Assembly (NCBI GenBank): GCA_050011775.1
Contig: JBEKIL010000004.1
Location: 99,825-163,824 of the forward strand
From: Bacteroidota bacterium
GTDB lineage: Bacteria > Bacteroidota > Ignavibacteria > UBA10030 > CAVZMI01
Direction of reading: 5' to 3'
Length of the DNA stretch: 64,000 nucleotides
The notes beneath the pieces are model-generated. The model was not told the DNA's origin, made no database searches, and was given only the letters and a program-made list of their open reading frames with translations. Numbering within the stretch: position 1 is the first letter of the stretch; each line of letters starts with the position of its first letter. Shown piece by piece: positions 45,133 to 55,206 of the stretch. A program made the position numbers and the translations under genes.

Positions 45133-46530
45133 CTATTTCAGTGATGAAAGGACCTGACGAATAATTTGCATTCCCCTATCGACATCTTCCTTTGAAAGTA
45201 TAAGCGGGGGACGGAACCGGATCGTCCGCTCTCCACAACCCATAATAATCAATCCCAGCTCATAAGCTTTTTTACGAAATTCTCTCCGGCTCTCGGGAGA
45301 ATCGAAATCCATGGCGCACATGAGTCCTCTGCCGCGAATGTTGTGAATCAGCAGCGGAAATTCCTCGCCGATCTCCTGAAGCCGTATCAGAAGATACTCG
45401 CCGACAACGCGGGCATTCTCAACGAGATTTTCTTCCTCGATGATCTGCAGTATCTTTGTGAACCGCACCATGTCGACGAGATTCCCGCCGAAAGTCGAAT
45501 TCAGACGGCTCGATTTATGAAATACATTATCCTTCACTTCGTCGACGCGCGTACTGCACATGAAGCCGCAGATATGCGTTTTCTTACCGAATGCCATCAT
45601 GTCGGGCTTCACGAAATGTTCATGTGCCCACATGGCTCCGGTCAGGCCGACGCCTGTCTGCACCTCATCGAAGATCAGCATGATCTCGTTTTCATCGCAG
45701 ATTCTTCGCAGCTCGACGAAAAACTCTTTCCGGAAGTGGTGATCTCCCCCTTCGGACTGGATCGGTTCGATGATCATCGCCGCAATGTCATCCGGATTGT
45801 TGATTATCGCTTCTTTGATCTGACCGAGGGCAATCTGCTCCGCATTGATTACCTCATTGAGGTTTCGTTCATTCAACGGGAAGCGGATCGCCGGATTCAG
45901 AATCCGCGGCCACTTGAACTTCGGGAAATAATTTGTCTTGGTCGGATCTGTATTCGTGAGCGACATCGTATATCCGCTCCGGCCGTGAAATGCCTGCCGG
46001 AAATGAATGACCTGATGTCCCCGTTCTATCGTATATCCTTTTATAAAATTTTTTCGGACCTTCCAATCAAACGCCGTCTTCAAGGCATTTTCATTCGCCA
46101 ACGCACCGCCGTCAATATAAAATACATATGGGAAATACGACGGCATCGCGATGCGGCTGAAAGTCTCGACGAATTCGGCCATCTCAACCGTGTAGATATC
46201 CGAAAGCGTCGGCTTATTCACAGCAGCATAACCAAGTTTCTCGCGGAATGCGGGCGAGTTCAAACCGGGATGGTTCATTCCCACCGCCGATGATGCGAAA
46301 AATGAGAAGAAGTCAAGGAATTCTCTCTCACGCCGCGAATCATAAATATAGCAGCCGTGACTTTTTTGCAGGTCAACGACCATATCAAGACCGTCGGCCA
46401 GCATGTGCTTCGCGAGCGTGGAATGTACTTCCTGTGGCGTGATGTGGACGGGGGCCGCGGTGACTTTCTTCCCCGTTACTTCTGTTTCCTTCTGAACGGG
46501 GTTCTTATCGACAACCAATGTGTCGGGCAT
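45133..46530 (-). CDS. lat: L-lysine 6-transaminase (lysine epsilon-aminotransferase)
   Basis: FLDFFSFFAS, GGALANENALKTAFDWK, AFHGRSGYTMSLTNT, IEPIQSEGGD, DEVQTG, FGKK, NSTFGGN. Confidence 0.9.
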   Translation of the reverse strand: MPDTLVVDKNPVQKETEVTGKKVTAAPVHITPQEVHSTLAKHMLADGLDMVVDLQKSHGCYIYDSRREREFLDFFSFFASSAVGMNHPGLNSPAFREKLGYAAVNKPTLSDIYTVEMAEFVETFSRIAMPSYFPYVFYIDGGALANENALKTAFDWKVRKNFIKGYTIERGHQVIHFRQAFHGRSGYTMSLTNTDPTKTNYFPKFKWPRILNPAIRFPLNERNLNEVINAEQIALGQIKEAIINNPDDIAAMIIEPIQSEGGDHHFRKEFFVELRRICDENEIMLIFDEVQTGVGLTGAMWAHEHFVKPDMMAFGKKTHICGFMCSTRVDEVKDNVFHKSSRLNSTFGGNLVDMVRFTKILQIIEEENLVENARVVGEYLLIRLQEIGEEFPLLIHNIRGRGLMCAMDFDSPESRREFRKKAYELGLIIMGCGERTIRFRPPLILSKEDVDRGMQIIRQVLSSLK

Positions 46531-46828
46531 GGAACACCTCCTTCATGATTAAGGGTACTATGTCGTTGTAATAAAATAGACACAATCCCCCTCTCAGAAG
46601 AATTCTTCATGCTCAAAAAACGAAACAATATATGTTACACGACCGACCATGTTATAATATACCTGTTTATAATGAAAAGAACAATTGTCCCCTTGCTGAC
46701 GTTCCCTACCTCTATAATAATCGACATCTTTATGTCTTCACTTAAGGAGAAATCCTAATAAATATTGAATTGCACCTCTATGCCTCGGGAGGTGGACCTC
46801 CCTCGTAACACTCTCTTTATTCCGCACC

Positions 46829-46906
46829 TTCCGAGGGAGCTCTCGCCTCGCTCCTCGCTTCGCTCGGCGAAGCGAGCGCTCGGCGGAGCGGGTTGCTCCC
46901 GAGGAA
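46829..46906. repeat. Nested REP-like palindrome
   Basis: CTCGCCTCGCTCC..TCGCTTCGCTCGGCGAAGCGA..GGAGCGGG inside outer TTCC..GGAGC/GCTCC..GGAA arms. Confidence 0.7.
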
Positions 46907-46950
46907 TCTATGCCAACCTTCAACCTTAAACCTTCAACCTTAAACGCTCT

Positions 46951-48438
46951 TCAGTAATTATCTATTTGTGCTCGTTGCAACTTGCCGCTGTAGTCGACAT
47001 ACACTGTTTTCCATTCTGTGTAGAAGTCGTACACCGCCCATCCACCCTCACGGTGCCCGTTACCCGTTTCTTTGACCCCACCGAACGGCATATGGGCTTC
47101 GGCGCCGATGGTCGGGACATTAATATAGGTGATGCCTGCTTTGATATCCCGTATGGCCTGAAATGCCGAGTTTATGTTTGTCGTGTAGATGGAAGATGAG
47201 AGTCCGTACGGTGTGTCGTTGAGAACTGTAATCGCTTCTTCGAGCGTCTTCACTTTAAGAACCGATAATACAGGACCGAAAATTTCTTCCCTTGCAATTC
47301 TCATTTCCGGAGTCACATCGGTGAAAATTGTCGGTTTGTAGAACCATCCTTTGCTTGCCTCGCCTTCGGTATAGATCTCACCGCCTATTGCAATTTTCGC
47401 TCTCTCCTTCTTTCCGATTTCTACATAGCTCTGAATTGTATCGCGTTGTGATTTATTAACACATGGACCGACATCAACATCCGGCAGCAAACCGTCACCG
47501 AGTTTAAGTTTTTCAGTCCGCTTGATCAACATATCGATGAATATATTGTAAACACCTTCCTGAAGTATAAGCCGGCTCGTTGCAGTGCAGCGCTGCCCGG
47601 TGGTCCCGAACGCACCCCAGAGGACGCCGTCGAGTGCGAGCTCAAGATTCGCATCGTCCATAACAATCTGCGCATTTTTCCCGCCGAGTTCGAGTGAAAC
47701 ACGTTTGAGTGTCTTCCCCGCGGCTGAAGCAATAATCTTCCCGACGGATGAAGAACCCGTGAAGCTGATCAGGTCGATATCCGGATGTTCAACTATCTCC
47801 ATTCCGACTTCACTGCCGGTACCGTGGACGATATTGACGACTCCATCAGGAACTCCGGCTTCCGTCAGAATTTCAACAAGCTTTGCGGCAGTCTCAGGAG
47901 TATCCGATGCCGGTTTAAACACCACGGTATTACCGCTAAGCAGGGCCGGAAAGATTTTCCAGGTTGGAATTGCCATTGGAAAATTCCATGGAGTGATAAT
48001 GCCGGCAACGCCGATCGGCACTCTTATTGCCATATTAAACTTGTTTGGAAGCTCTGAAGGTACTGTATAGCCGAACAGCCGCCGTCCTTCTGTCGCCGCA
48101 TAGTATGCGGTATCGATTCCTTCCTGAACGTCGGCACGTGTTTCGAGCAGCACCTTCCCCATTTCTTTCGTCATTATTCGAGCCAGCTCCTCTTTTCTTG
48201 CTACGAGGATATCTCCGACCTTTCGCATGACGTCGCCGCGTCTTGGTGCAGGTACGAGGCGCCATTTCTCGAATGCCGCTCGCGCTGCTTTCACAGCTTC
48301 ATCAACATCTTCTTTTGTGGATTTTGGAAAGGTACTGAGGATTTCATCCCAATTGGCAGGATTTCTATTTTCGAAGGCACGCCCTGATTGTGAATCGATG
48401 TTCTTACCATTGATGAAGTTTTTGTAATGCTTCGCCAT
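46951..48438 (-). CDS. Aldehyde dehydrogenase (candidate piperideine-6-carboxylate / aminoadipate semialdehyde dehydrogenase)
   Basis: ITPWNFP, FTGSS, LELGGKNA, GQRCT, EEIFGP, PFGG. The specific function is inferred only from adjacency to lat. Confidence 0.85.
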   Translation of the reverse strand: MAKHYKNFINGKNIDSQSGRAFENRNPANWDEILSTFPKSTKEDVDEAVKAARAAFEKWRLVPAPRRGDVMRKVGDILVARKEELARIMTKEMGKVLLETRADVQEGIDTAYYAATEGRRLFGYTVPSELPNKFNMAIRVPIGVAGIITPWNFPMAIPTWKIFPALLSGNTVVFKPASDTPETAAKLVEILTEAGVPDGVVNIVHGTGSEVGMEIVEHPDIDLISFTGSSSVGKIIASAAGKTLKRVSLELGGKNAQIVMDDANLELALDGVLWGAFGTTGQRCTATSRLILQEGVYNIFIDMLIKRTEKLKLGDGLLPDVDVGPCVNKSQRDTIQSYVEIGKKERAKIAIGGEIYTEGEASKGWFYKPTIFTDVTPEMRIAREEIFGPVLSVLKVKTLEEAITVLNDTPYGLSSSIYTTNINSAFQAIRDIKAGITYINVPTIGAEAHMPFGGVKETGNGHREGGWAVYDFYTEWKTVYVDYSGKLQRAQIDNY

Positions 48439-48449
48439 GGTACACCCCC

Positions 48450-49745
48450 TTATGTCAGACCGACCCTTTTGAAGATCGTGTCGACATGTTTTGTGCTTCT
48501 GGAGAGATCGAATAATTCGTCAATCTCTTTTTGTGAAAGGATTGCCGTAATTTCGGGTTCCGCTTTAAGGAGGTCCTTGAATTCCTGTTTGGTTTGCCAG
48601 GCCTCCATCGCATTTTTCTGGACCAGCCGGTACGCATCTTCGCGATTCATCCCCTTTTTTGTCAGTGCTAGAAGCACCGGTTGCGAGAAAATGAGCCCGT
48701 GCGTAAGGTTCAGATTCGCCAGCATGTTTTCTGGATAAATAAGAAGTCTGTCCAGAACGTTCGAGGTCAGATGGATCATGTAATCGAGTAAGATGCAGCT
48801 ATCGGGGATCACAACACGTTCAACCGATGAATGGGTGATATCGCGCTCGTGCCACAACGCGACGTTTTCGAGTGCCGCCATTGCATTTCCGCGCAGAACG
48901 CGGGCGAGTCCGGCAATCCGTTCGCATGTGATCGGATTCCGTTTATGCGGCATGGCGGAGGAGCCTTTCTGGCCCTTAGAAAAATATTCCTCGGCTTCGA
49001 ATACCTCGGTTCTTTGTAAATGCCGGATTTCCGTCGCAAATTTCTCGAGTGACGCTCCGATAATGGCAAGCGTGCTCATGAATTCCGCATGACGATCGCG
49101 CTGAAGCACCTGTGTTGAAACCGATGCCGGTTTCAATCCCAGTTTTCCGCACACATATTCTTCCACTTTCGGACTTAGATGCTCGAACGTTCCGACTGCA
49201 CCCGAAATCATCCCCACCGAGATGGTTTCGATGGCGCGTTCCAGCCGCGAAATATTCCGCTTGGTTTCTTCATACCAGATTGCAAATTTCAGCCCCATTG
49301 TAACAGGTTCCGCATGGATACCGTGTGTACGGCCGACCATGATGGTATTTTTTAATTCCACCGCACGCCGGGCAAGGATTTCTTTCAATCCCTGAAGTCC
49401 TTTTAAAAGCAGCTCTCCCGATTGTTTCATCTGCACCGCCAGTGCCGTATCGAGAACATCCGAAGACGTCATGCCGAGGTGAATGAAACGCGATTCCGGA
49501 CCGATATATTCTCCAACGTTTGTCAGAAAGGCGATCACATCGTGCTTGACTTCTTCTTCGATGGCCGCGATACGTTCAACATCGAATGCCGCCTTCCCCC
49601 GAATTACCGATACCGCTTCAGAAGGAATCACACCCAGCTGTGCCTGTGCTTCACATGCAAGGATTTCGATTTGAAGCCATATAGAAAATTTGTTTTTATC
49701 ATTCCAGATCGCCCCTATTGCAGGACGTGTATATCGTGAGATCAC
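48450..49745 (-). CDS. purB: Adenylosuccinate lyase
   Basis: [42 protein letters not shown]. Confidence 0.97.
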   Translation of the reverse strand: MISRYTRPAIGAIWNDKNKFSIWLQIEILACEAQAQLGVIPSEAVSVIRGKAAFDVERIAAIEEEVKHDVIAFLTNVGEYIGPESRFIHLGMTSSDVLDTALAVQMKQSGELLLKGLQGLKEILARRAVELKNTIMVGRTHGIHAEPVTMGLKFAIWYEETKRNISRLERAIETISVGMISGAVGTFEHLSPKVEEYVCGKLGLKPASVSTQVLQRDRHAEFMSTLAIIGASLEKFATEIRHLQRTEVFEAEEYFSKGQKGSSAMPHKRNPITCERIAGLARVLRGNAMAALENVALWHERDITHSSVERVVIPDSCILLDYMIHLTSNVLDRLLIYPENMLANLNLTHGLIFSQPVLLALTKKGMNREDAYRLVQKNAMEAWQTKQEFKDLLKAEPEITAILSQKEIDELFDLSRSTKHVDTIFKRVGLT

Positions 49746-49846
49746 TTGATAAGCACTCCTCTCTCTATTAATTAAAAATTATACTCCGAATTTGAGGAAC
49801 ACAACCTTAAAAAATAAATCGCCAGCCTGTTATTAATTACAGACTC

Positions 49847-51058
49847 CTATTTCTGCTTTTCCAGTTTGAGTGAGACATTTATTTTTTTCTTATCGCGCAT
49901 GACGGTCATTTTTAATGTATCACCGGTTTTTGCATCGCGAATCACTTCCATTATAGATTCTTCATTCACTATGGGAATACCATTGGCCTCAACGATCACA
50001 TCGCCGGGTTGCAATCCTGCCCGATCTCCCGGACTATTCTTTTGAACATCGGTGATGATAACTCCCTCGGTTTTCTGCAGGCCAAGTGGTTTTACCATGC
50101 GTTCATCCACATTCTGAACACTGATGCCCGTCCAGAAATCCCTCTCAACCTTTCCATCTTTCTTGAGAATCTCAAGGACCTTCTTGATACGATTAATCGG
50201 AATTGCAAAACCGTATCCGACATATGTCTGAGAATACCCCGCGGTAAAGATCAATGTGTTCATTCCAATGACTTCACTGTTCATGTTGACCAGCGGACCG
50301 CCGCTGTTTCCCTTATTGATCTGGGCGTTCGTCGCGATCATATCACGATAGATTCTCCCTTCATCGCCTGAGAGATTCATGCCGGTCGAGCTGACGATTC
50401 CATTCGTAACGATCGGCTTATCGTTAATATCGAAGAGGCCAAACGGATTGCCAAAGGCAACCACATCTTCACCGACCATAATATCGTCCGAGTCACCGAA
50501 TTGTATATAAGGGAAATTTTCTCCTTCGATTTTCAGGAGTGCAACATCGGAGACATGGTCGGAACCGACGAGTCGTGCTTTGTAGCGTTGTTTATTCGTC
50601 ATGGTGATTGTAATTTCTTTCGCATTACCGACAACGTGATCGTTCGTGAGGAGGTAGCCATCCGCAGAGATGATAAAGCCAGAGCCGAGTCCCTGTACTT
50701 CTTCCTTATATGTTTGATCGCGCTTCTGGTGGCCAAAAAACTGATCGAAGAAAGGATCATTGAAAAAATTTTGAAATGGATCGCGTACCGTATATTCACG
50801 CACTTCTTTAACGTTGATTCCGACGACTGCTGGACTCGCGACCGCTGCGACATGCGTAATCAATGAGCGTCGTGTTTCACGGGTATTCGGTTGTTTTGTG
50901 TTCTCCTGTTGGAACACCGCCTTTTCAGTATCGTAATGGCGGGTATCGACCCCCAAATTATCCATCGGGCGCGAAGGAGCCGTAGCACGGCCGATAACAA
51001 AACCCGCAATGCCAAATAATAAAAAAACCAGTGCAACGATGATAATACGCCGAGCCAT
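49847..51058 (-). CDS. HtrA/DegP-family serine protease with one PDZ domain
   Basis: GLGSGFII, LTNDHVV, DVALLKI, INKGNSGGPL, PDZ SPGDRAGLQPGDVI. Confidence 0.93.
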   Translation of the reverse strand: MARRIIIVALVFLLFGIAGFVIGRATAPSRPMDNLGVDTRHYDTEKAVFQQENTKQPNTRETRRSLITHVAAVASPAVVGINVKEVREYTVRDPFQNFFNDPFFDQFFGHQKRDQTYKEEVQGLGSGFIISADGYLLTNDHVVGNAKEITITMTNKQRYKARLVGSDHVSDVALLKIEGENFPYIQFGDSDDIMVGEDVVAFGNPFGLFDINDKPIVTNGIVSSTGMNLSGDEGRIYRDMIATNAQINKGNSGGPLVNMNSEVIGMNTLIFTAGYSQTYVGYGFAIPINRIKKVLEILKKDGKVERDFWTGISVQNVDERMVKPLGLQKTEGVIITDVQKNSPGDRAGLQPGDVIVEANGIPIVNEESIMEVIRDAKTGDTLKMTVMRDKKKINVSLKLEKQK

Positions 51059-51069
51059 AATTATCCTCC

Positions 51070-52020
51070 CTACCGTTTTCTTTTCATCACTTTCTGTACC
51101 GATGCAACGATATCATTTTTATGGATATGGTATTTTTGCAGTAACTCGTTCGGCGTACCGGATTCACCAAATACGTCATTCACTGCTACCATCTCAACCG
51201 GAACCGGAGCATTTCGCACCACAACCTGAGCGACAGCATCGCCGAGTCCGTTATTGATCTGATGTTCTTCGGCTGTGACAATTGCACCGGTTTCTCGAGC
51301 TGCTGTAATAATCGCTTCACGATCAAGGGGTTTGATTGTGTGCATATTGATAACCCGGGCCTTGATACCTGCTTGGGCCAGCTCATCTGCGGCTTGAAGT
51401 GCCTGCCAGACCATTACACCGCATGCGATAATCGTGACATCATTACCCTGCAGAAGTGTATCCGATTTTCCCAGGACAAAAGGAGTTGCGGGATCTGTAA
51501 ATACCGGCAGAGCAGGTCGGCTGAAGCGGAGGTATGCGGGACCCTTGAGTTCGGCAATCGCAAATGTCGCTTTTCGTGTCTCGTTCGCATCGCACGGGAC
51601 TATAACGGTCATATTCGGGAGTCCGCGCATCAATCCGATATCTTCAAGCATCTGATGCGTCGCCCCATCTTCGCCAAGTGTGAGACCGGCGTGTGATGCA
51701 CAGATTTTTACATTCATCCTGCTGTAAGCAATACTCTGGCGGATAGTATCGTATACACGACCCGTCGCGAAAACTGCGAATGTTCCTGTGAATGGTATTT
51801 TTCCCGTGATCGAGAGTCCGGCCGCCATTCCGATCATATTGTGTTCGGCAACGCCTGCGTGTACAAAACGGTCCGGAAACTCTTTAGCGAATTTGTGCAT
51901 ATTGACCGATTCGGTTAAATCTGCACAGAGAGCGACGACATTCGGATTTTTCCGGCCGAGTTCGACGAGTGCTTCACCGAAGGCAACGCGGGTGGCTTTT
52001 TGTTCTGCTGCTTGTATCAT
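51070..52020 (-). CDS. Transketolase, C-terminal subunit
   Basis: [35 protein letters not shown]. Start placed at ATG 52020. Confidence 0.92.
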   Translation of the reverse strand: MIQAAEQKATRVAFGEALVELGRKNPNVVALCADLTESVNMHKFAKEFPDRFVHAGVAEHNMIGMAAGLSITGKIPFTGTFAVFATGRVYDTIRQSIAYSRMNVKICASHAGLTLGEDGATHQMLEDIGLMRGLPNMTVIVPCDANETRKATFAIAELKGPAYLRFSRPALPVFTDPATPFVLGKSDTLLQGNDVTIIACGVMVWQALQAADELAQAGIKARVINMHTIKPLDREAIITAARETGAIVTAEEHQINNGLGDAVAQVVVRNAPVPVEMVAVNDVFGESGTPNELLQKYHIHKNDIVASVQKVMKRKR

Positions 52021-52043
52021 GAATTTTTCTTCCTTTGCAATAT

Positions 52044-52934
52044 TTAAGTATTGTTCTTTTCCCATTCAAGTGTTATAAAGTCGCCGAATTTTGTCGGGGC
52101 AAGATCGGCAAGCGCTTTCTTTGCCTGTTCTTCGTTTGGCGCTACACCATGCCATTTAAAATCTCCCTCCATCCACGGCACTCCTTTGCCCATAATTGTA
52201 CGAGCGAGTATCACCGATGGTTTCCCTTTCGTTTGGAATCCTTTATCGATGGCATTTCGGATCTGGTCGATGTTGTGTCCGTCAATTTCCTGCACATCCC
52301 AGCCGAAGGCAGAATATTTATCCGCCAGCGGATTGATATCGTACAATTTGTCCATAAGGCCGTCAATTTGAATATTATTCCGGTCGACTATAGCAAGAAG
52401 ATTATCGAGTTTTCTATATCCCGCCATCATGATGCCCTCCCAGCTCGATCCCTCCTGAAGCTCGCCATCGCTCCCGATCATAACGACGCGGTTTGGCTTT
52501 TTGTCCAGACGCATTCCGAAGGCTGTCCCCGTCGCTACCGACATTCCCTGTCCCAGTGAACCTGAAGCGATTTCAATACCGGGCGCACCATGAATCCACA
52601 TAGGCGCAGGATGACCCTGAAGACGGCCGTTGAACTTCCGGTATGTCGCAAGCTCACTCAAAGGGAAATAGCCGGCACGCGCTAAAGCCGAATACCAAAC
52701 GGCAGCCACATGCCCACACGAGACATAAAAATAATCGCGTCCTTCCCATCCGGGATTGGTAGGATCATATTGTAAGACATTAAAAAATAATGTCGCAAAT
52801 ATATCGGCAAGGCCAAGTGGTGCACCTGTATGGCCGGACTTGGCAAGATAGAGCATTTTAATAATATCGCGACGCATCTGTCGTGCCATTTCTTGAAGAT
52901 CGGGTGTTTCAAATTTCTGAAATTTCCGTTCCAT
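52044..52934 (-). CDS. Transketolase, N-terminal subunit
   Basis: [47 protein letters not shown]. Confidence 0.92.
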   Translation of the reverse strand: MERKFQKFETPDLQEMARQMRRDIIKMLYLAKSGHTGAPLGLADIFATLFFNVLQYDPTNPGWEGRDYFYVSCGHVAAVWYSALARAGYFPLSELATYRKFNGRLQGHPAPMWIHGAPGIEIASGSLGQGMSVATGTAFGMRLDKKPNRVVMIGSDGELQEGSSWEGIMMAGYRKLDNLLAIVDRNNIQIDGLMDKLYDINPLADKYSAFGWDVQEIDGHNIDQIRNAIDKGFQTKGKPSVILARTIMGKGVPWMEGDFKWHGVAPNEEQAKKALADLAPTKFGDFITLEWEKNNT

Positions 52935-52943
52935 TTTGTCCTT

Positions 52944-53588
52944 TCATTGATCAGAAGAAGATTGACCGCGTTTTGTATGAATCAGACCGCGGATGAAATC
53001 CACATGACGCAGAAGGATAAGCACACACAACGCCGTACACAACCAAATCATTTCATTCCACTGTACCGGTGTCCATAAACTTACTTCAACCCACGACCGG
53101 GGGAGAAAGAACAACAATACGGGGGTAATAATAGTCGCTACTACATTCCCACCAAGTACGTTCCGCCAGATCTTGTATGTTATATACCAGAGAAGACACC
53201 AAACGAGAGGAAAAATCGATCCGAGTAATAACATGACTCCAAGCGCTGTAGCCAGACCACGACCGCCACGAAACCGTAACCAGATATTAAAATCATGTCC
53301 GACGATTGCCGACAATCCGGCAAGAGCCTGAATCGGATATCCAGACTGCTCGAATCGCGATGCGACAACTACAGCAGCTGCTCCTTTGCATACATCAAAC
53401 AGAAGAACAGCAATACCCACCCATTTTTTCCGGGTCACCTGAAAACTGTTGAGGGCACCGACATTTCCCGAGCCTGCAAGGCGAATATCACGCTGTGAAG
53501 AAAGCTTCACAATGATATAGGCTGCAGGTATCGAGCCGATAAGATATCCGATCAGAATCGCAAGAATGCCACTGGACAGCAACTGCAC
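52944..53588 (-). CDS. plsY: Glycerol-3-phosphate acyltransferase PlsY
   Basis: YLIGSIP, GSGNVGALN, DVCKG, VGHDF, FRGGRGLAT, LLRH. Confidence 0.93.
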   Translation of the reverse strand: MQLLSSGILAILIGYLIGSIPAAYIIVKLSSQRDIRLAGSGNVGALNSFQVTRKKWVGIAVLLFDVCKGAAAVVVASRFEQSGYPIQALAGLSAIVGHDFNIWLRFRGGRGLATALGVMLLLGSIFPLVWCLLWYITYKIWRNVLGGNVVATIITPVLLFFLPRSWVEVSLWTPVQWNEMIWLCTALCVLILLRHVDFIRGLIHTKRGQSSSDQ

Positions 53589-53860
53589 CTCGGTCGAGTA
53601 ACCTCAGGAATGATGATTCATCTACTATAAAAATAGGGAAAATATGGCGAAGAAGCAAGGAAGCGGGACGGGGGAAAGATAGAGGTAGAGGTTAAGGTTG
53701 AGGTTGAGGTGGAACATTATAGTTGGATTGCGCGTCATCTGTATGAAACGCTTTTTAGAGAATATTCTCCTGAAAGAAGATTTTGAACTACATTATTGAA
53801 CGACTATCAAATTATCGTTATATTTTTGATTATGTTGCCTATCGCAAAATCGGAATCCCA

Positions 53861-54751
53861 ATGAGATATTCTATACTGTTTTTTCTTACTATTTTCTTCA
53901 CTTTCTTTCAGAGAACTAATGCGCAGGAACTTGAATTCGACGTTTCCATAGATGCACAGCAGCTCCCCGCAGCAAACAAGGAGTATGTCACCCACTTTGC
54001 GGAAGAGGTGAAGAAGTACCTAAACGATTTTAGATGGACAACCGAAGATTATCTCGGCGAGAAGATCCATTGTACAATGTCGATCTTTTTTCTCTCAGGA
54101 TCTCCGGATAACCGATATAGTGTCAGGGTCTTCATCGGGAGCCAGCGACCGATATACCGGTCGAACAAAGGAACATTGACATTGCGTATACTCGATGATA
54201 AGTGGGAGTTCAGTTACATCCCCGGACAGGGATTCCGTCACAATGAAACTCAATTCGACCCGTTGTTAAGCTTCCTCGATTTCTACGCCTGCCTTATCAT
54301 TGGATACGATACGGATACATTCTCAGAGATGGGCGGCACCCAATATTTTCAAAGGGCTTCCGATATTGCCGCACGCGGAGCTTCAGAAAATTCGAAGGGG
54401 TGGCCGAAAGGAGGCACCAGCTATACGCGGCAACAGATCATCGAAGACCTGCTGAACTCTAAATATGCCCCTATCCGCAAGGCACTCTTCATATACCATT
54501 TTCACGGTCTAGATATGCTGGAGACGAATCAGAATCGCGGTCTCGATAATATGCTGTACGCGATCGATCTGATCGGAAAAGCACAAAAAGCTGAGAACAC
54601 AGCCCTCCCCCTCGCCAGAATTTTCTTTGAGGCAAAATATCAGGAAATTGCAGATCGCTTTGCCAACTACCCCGACCGTTCGGTGATCGGAAGATTCGCA
54701 GACTACGATCCGACACATAAGAGGGATTACGACCAAGCCGGCAGAAGATGA
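53861..54751 (+). CDS. porD: DUF4835 family protein (T9SS component PorD-like)
   Basis: AQELEFDVSI, LNDFRWT, IGSQRPIY, DFYACLIIGYDTDTFSEMGG, YHFHGLD. Start placed at ATG 53861. Confidence 0.75.
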   Translation: MRYSILFFLTIFFTFFQRTNAQELEFDVSIDAQQLPAANKEYVTHFAEEVKKYLNDFRWTTEDYLGEKIHCTMSIFFLSGSPDNRYSVRVFIGSQRPIYRSNKGTLTLRILDDKWEFSYIPGQGFRHNETQFDPLLSFLDFYACLIIGYDTDTFSEMGGTQYFQRASDIAARGASENSKGWPKGGTSYTRQQIIEDLLNSKYAPIRKALFIYHFHGLDMLETNQNRGLDNMLYAIDLIGKAQKAENTALPLARIFFEAKYQEIADRFANYPDRSVIGRFADYDPTHKRDYDQAGRR

Positions 54752-54780
54752 CTAAAGTATATAAATTTCCCACCCCGTTT

Positions 54781-54981
54781 TTACTTTTTACGACGAAGCT
54801 TCGACAATGATTTTTCGTCAGCAGCATACTGCTCCACATAACCGCACGATGTACAAATATACCGCGTTAGGTTCGCAAAACCGAACATATCAACCTTAAT
54901 TACATTATATGTACCAATTTCGCTGGGTATAACTGCTATCTTCTTGGAGGAGCATTTTGGGCAAACGCCTGTAGATTTCAT
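54781..54981 (-). CDS. Small zinc-ribbon protein
   Basis: CPKC...YICTSCGYVEQY. Confidence 0.8.
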   Translation of the reverse strand: MKSTGVCPKCSSKKIAVIPSEIGTYNVIKVDMFGFANLTRYICTSCGYVEQYAADEKSLSKLRRKK

Positions 54982-55068
54982 GATGATTATCCGGAATATT
55001 TTTTCATTTAATGATCTGATTTACTCAAGGTTACAAGTCGTCGGTTTTTATCAACAAATATGAAATCA

Positions 55069-55206
55069 TTACATAATTTCAATTGCCTTCTCCAGTACAA
55101 TATCATGTTCATCTTTAATACTTTCAGATGCATCAATCGCGATATTAGGAAATATACCGACGTCTTCAAGAATTGTCATATCCAATTTATATTCAACTAT
55201 CTCATT
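55069..55206 (-). pseudogene. Orphan 3' end of an S41-type peptidase
   Basis: Hand translation NEIVEYKLDMTILEDVGIFPNIAIDASESIKDEHDIVLEKAIEIM* parallels the tail of the S41 gene at 60760 (TEIG..IVEGKGIPPDV..DRIIEKGIEII). Confidence 0.5.

Noticed and set aside
45343-46293. 316-aa + strand ORF
   Set aside because: Antisense shadow of lat with no motifs. The same applies to 7687-8547 and 9514-10068 (opposite metH), 921-1571 (lon) and 62674-63285 (tatD).
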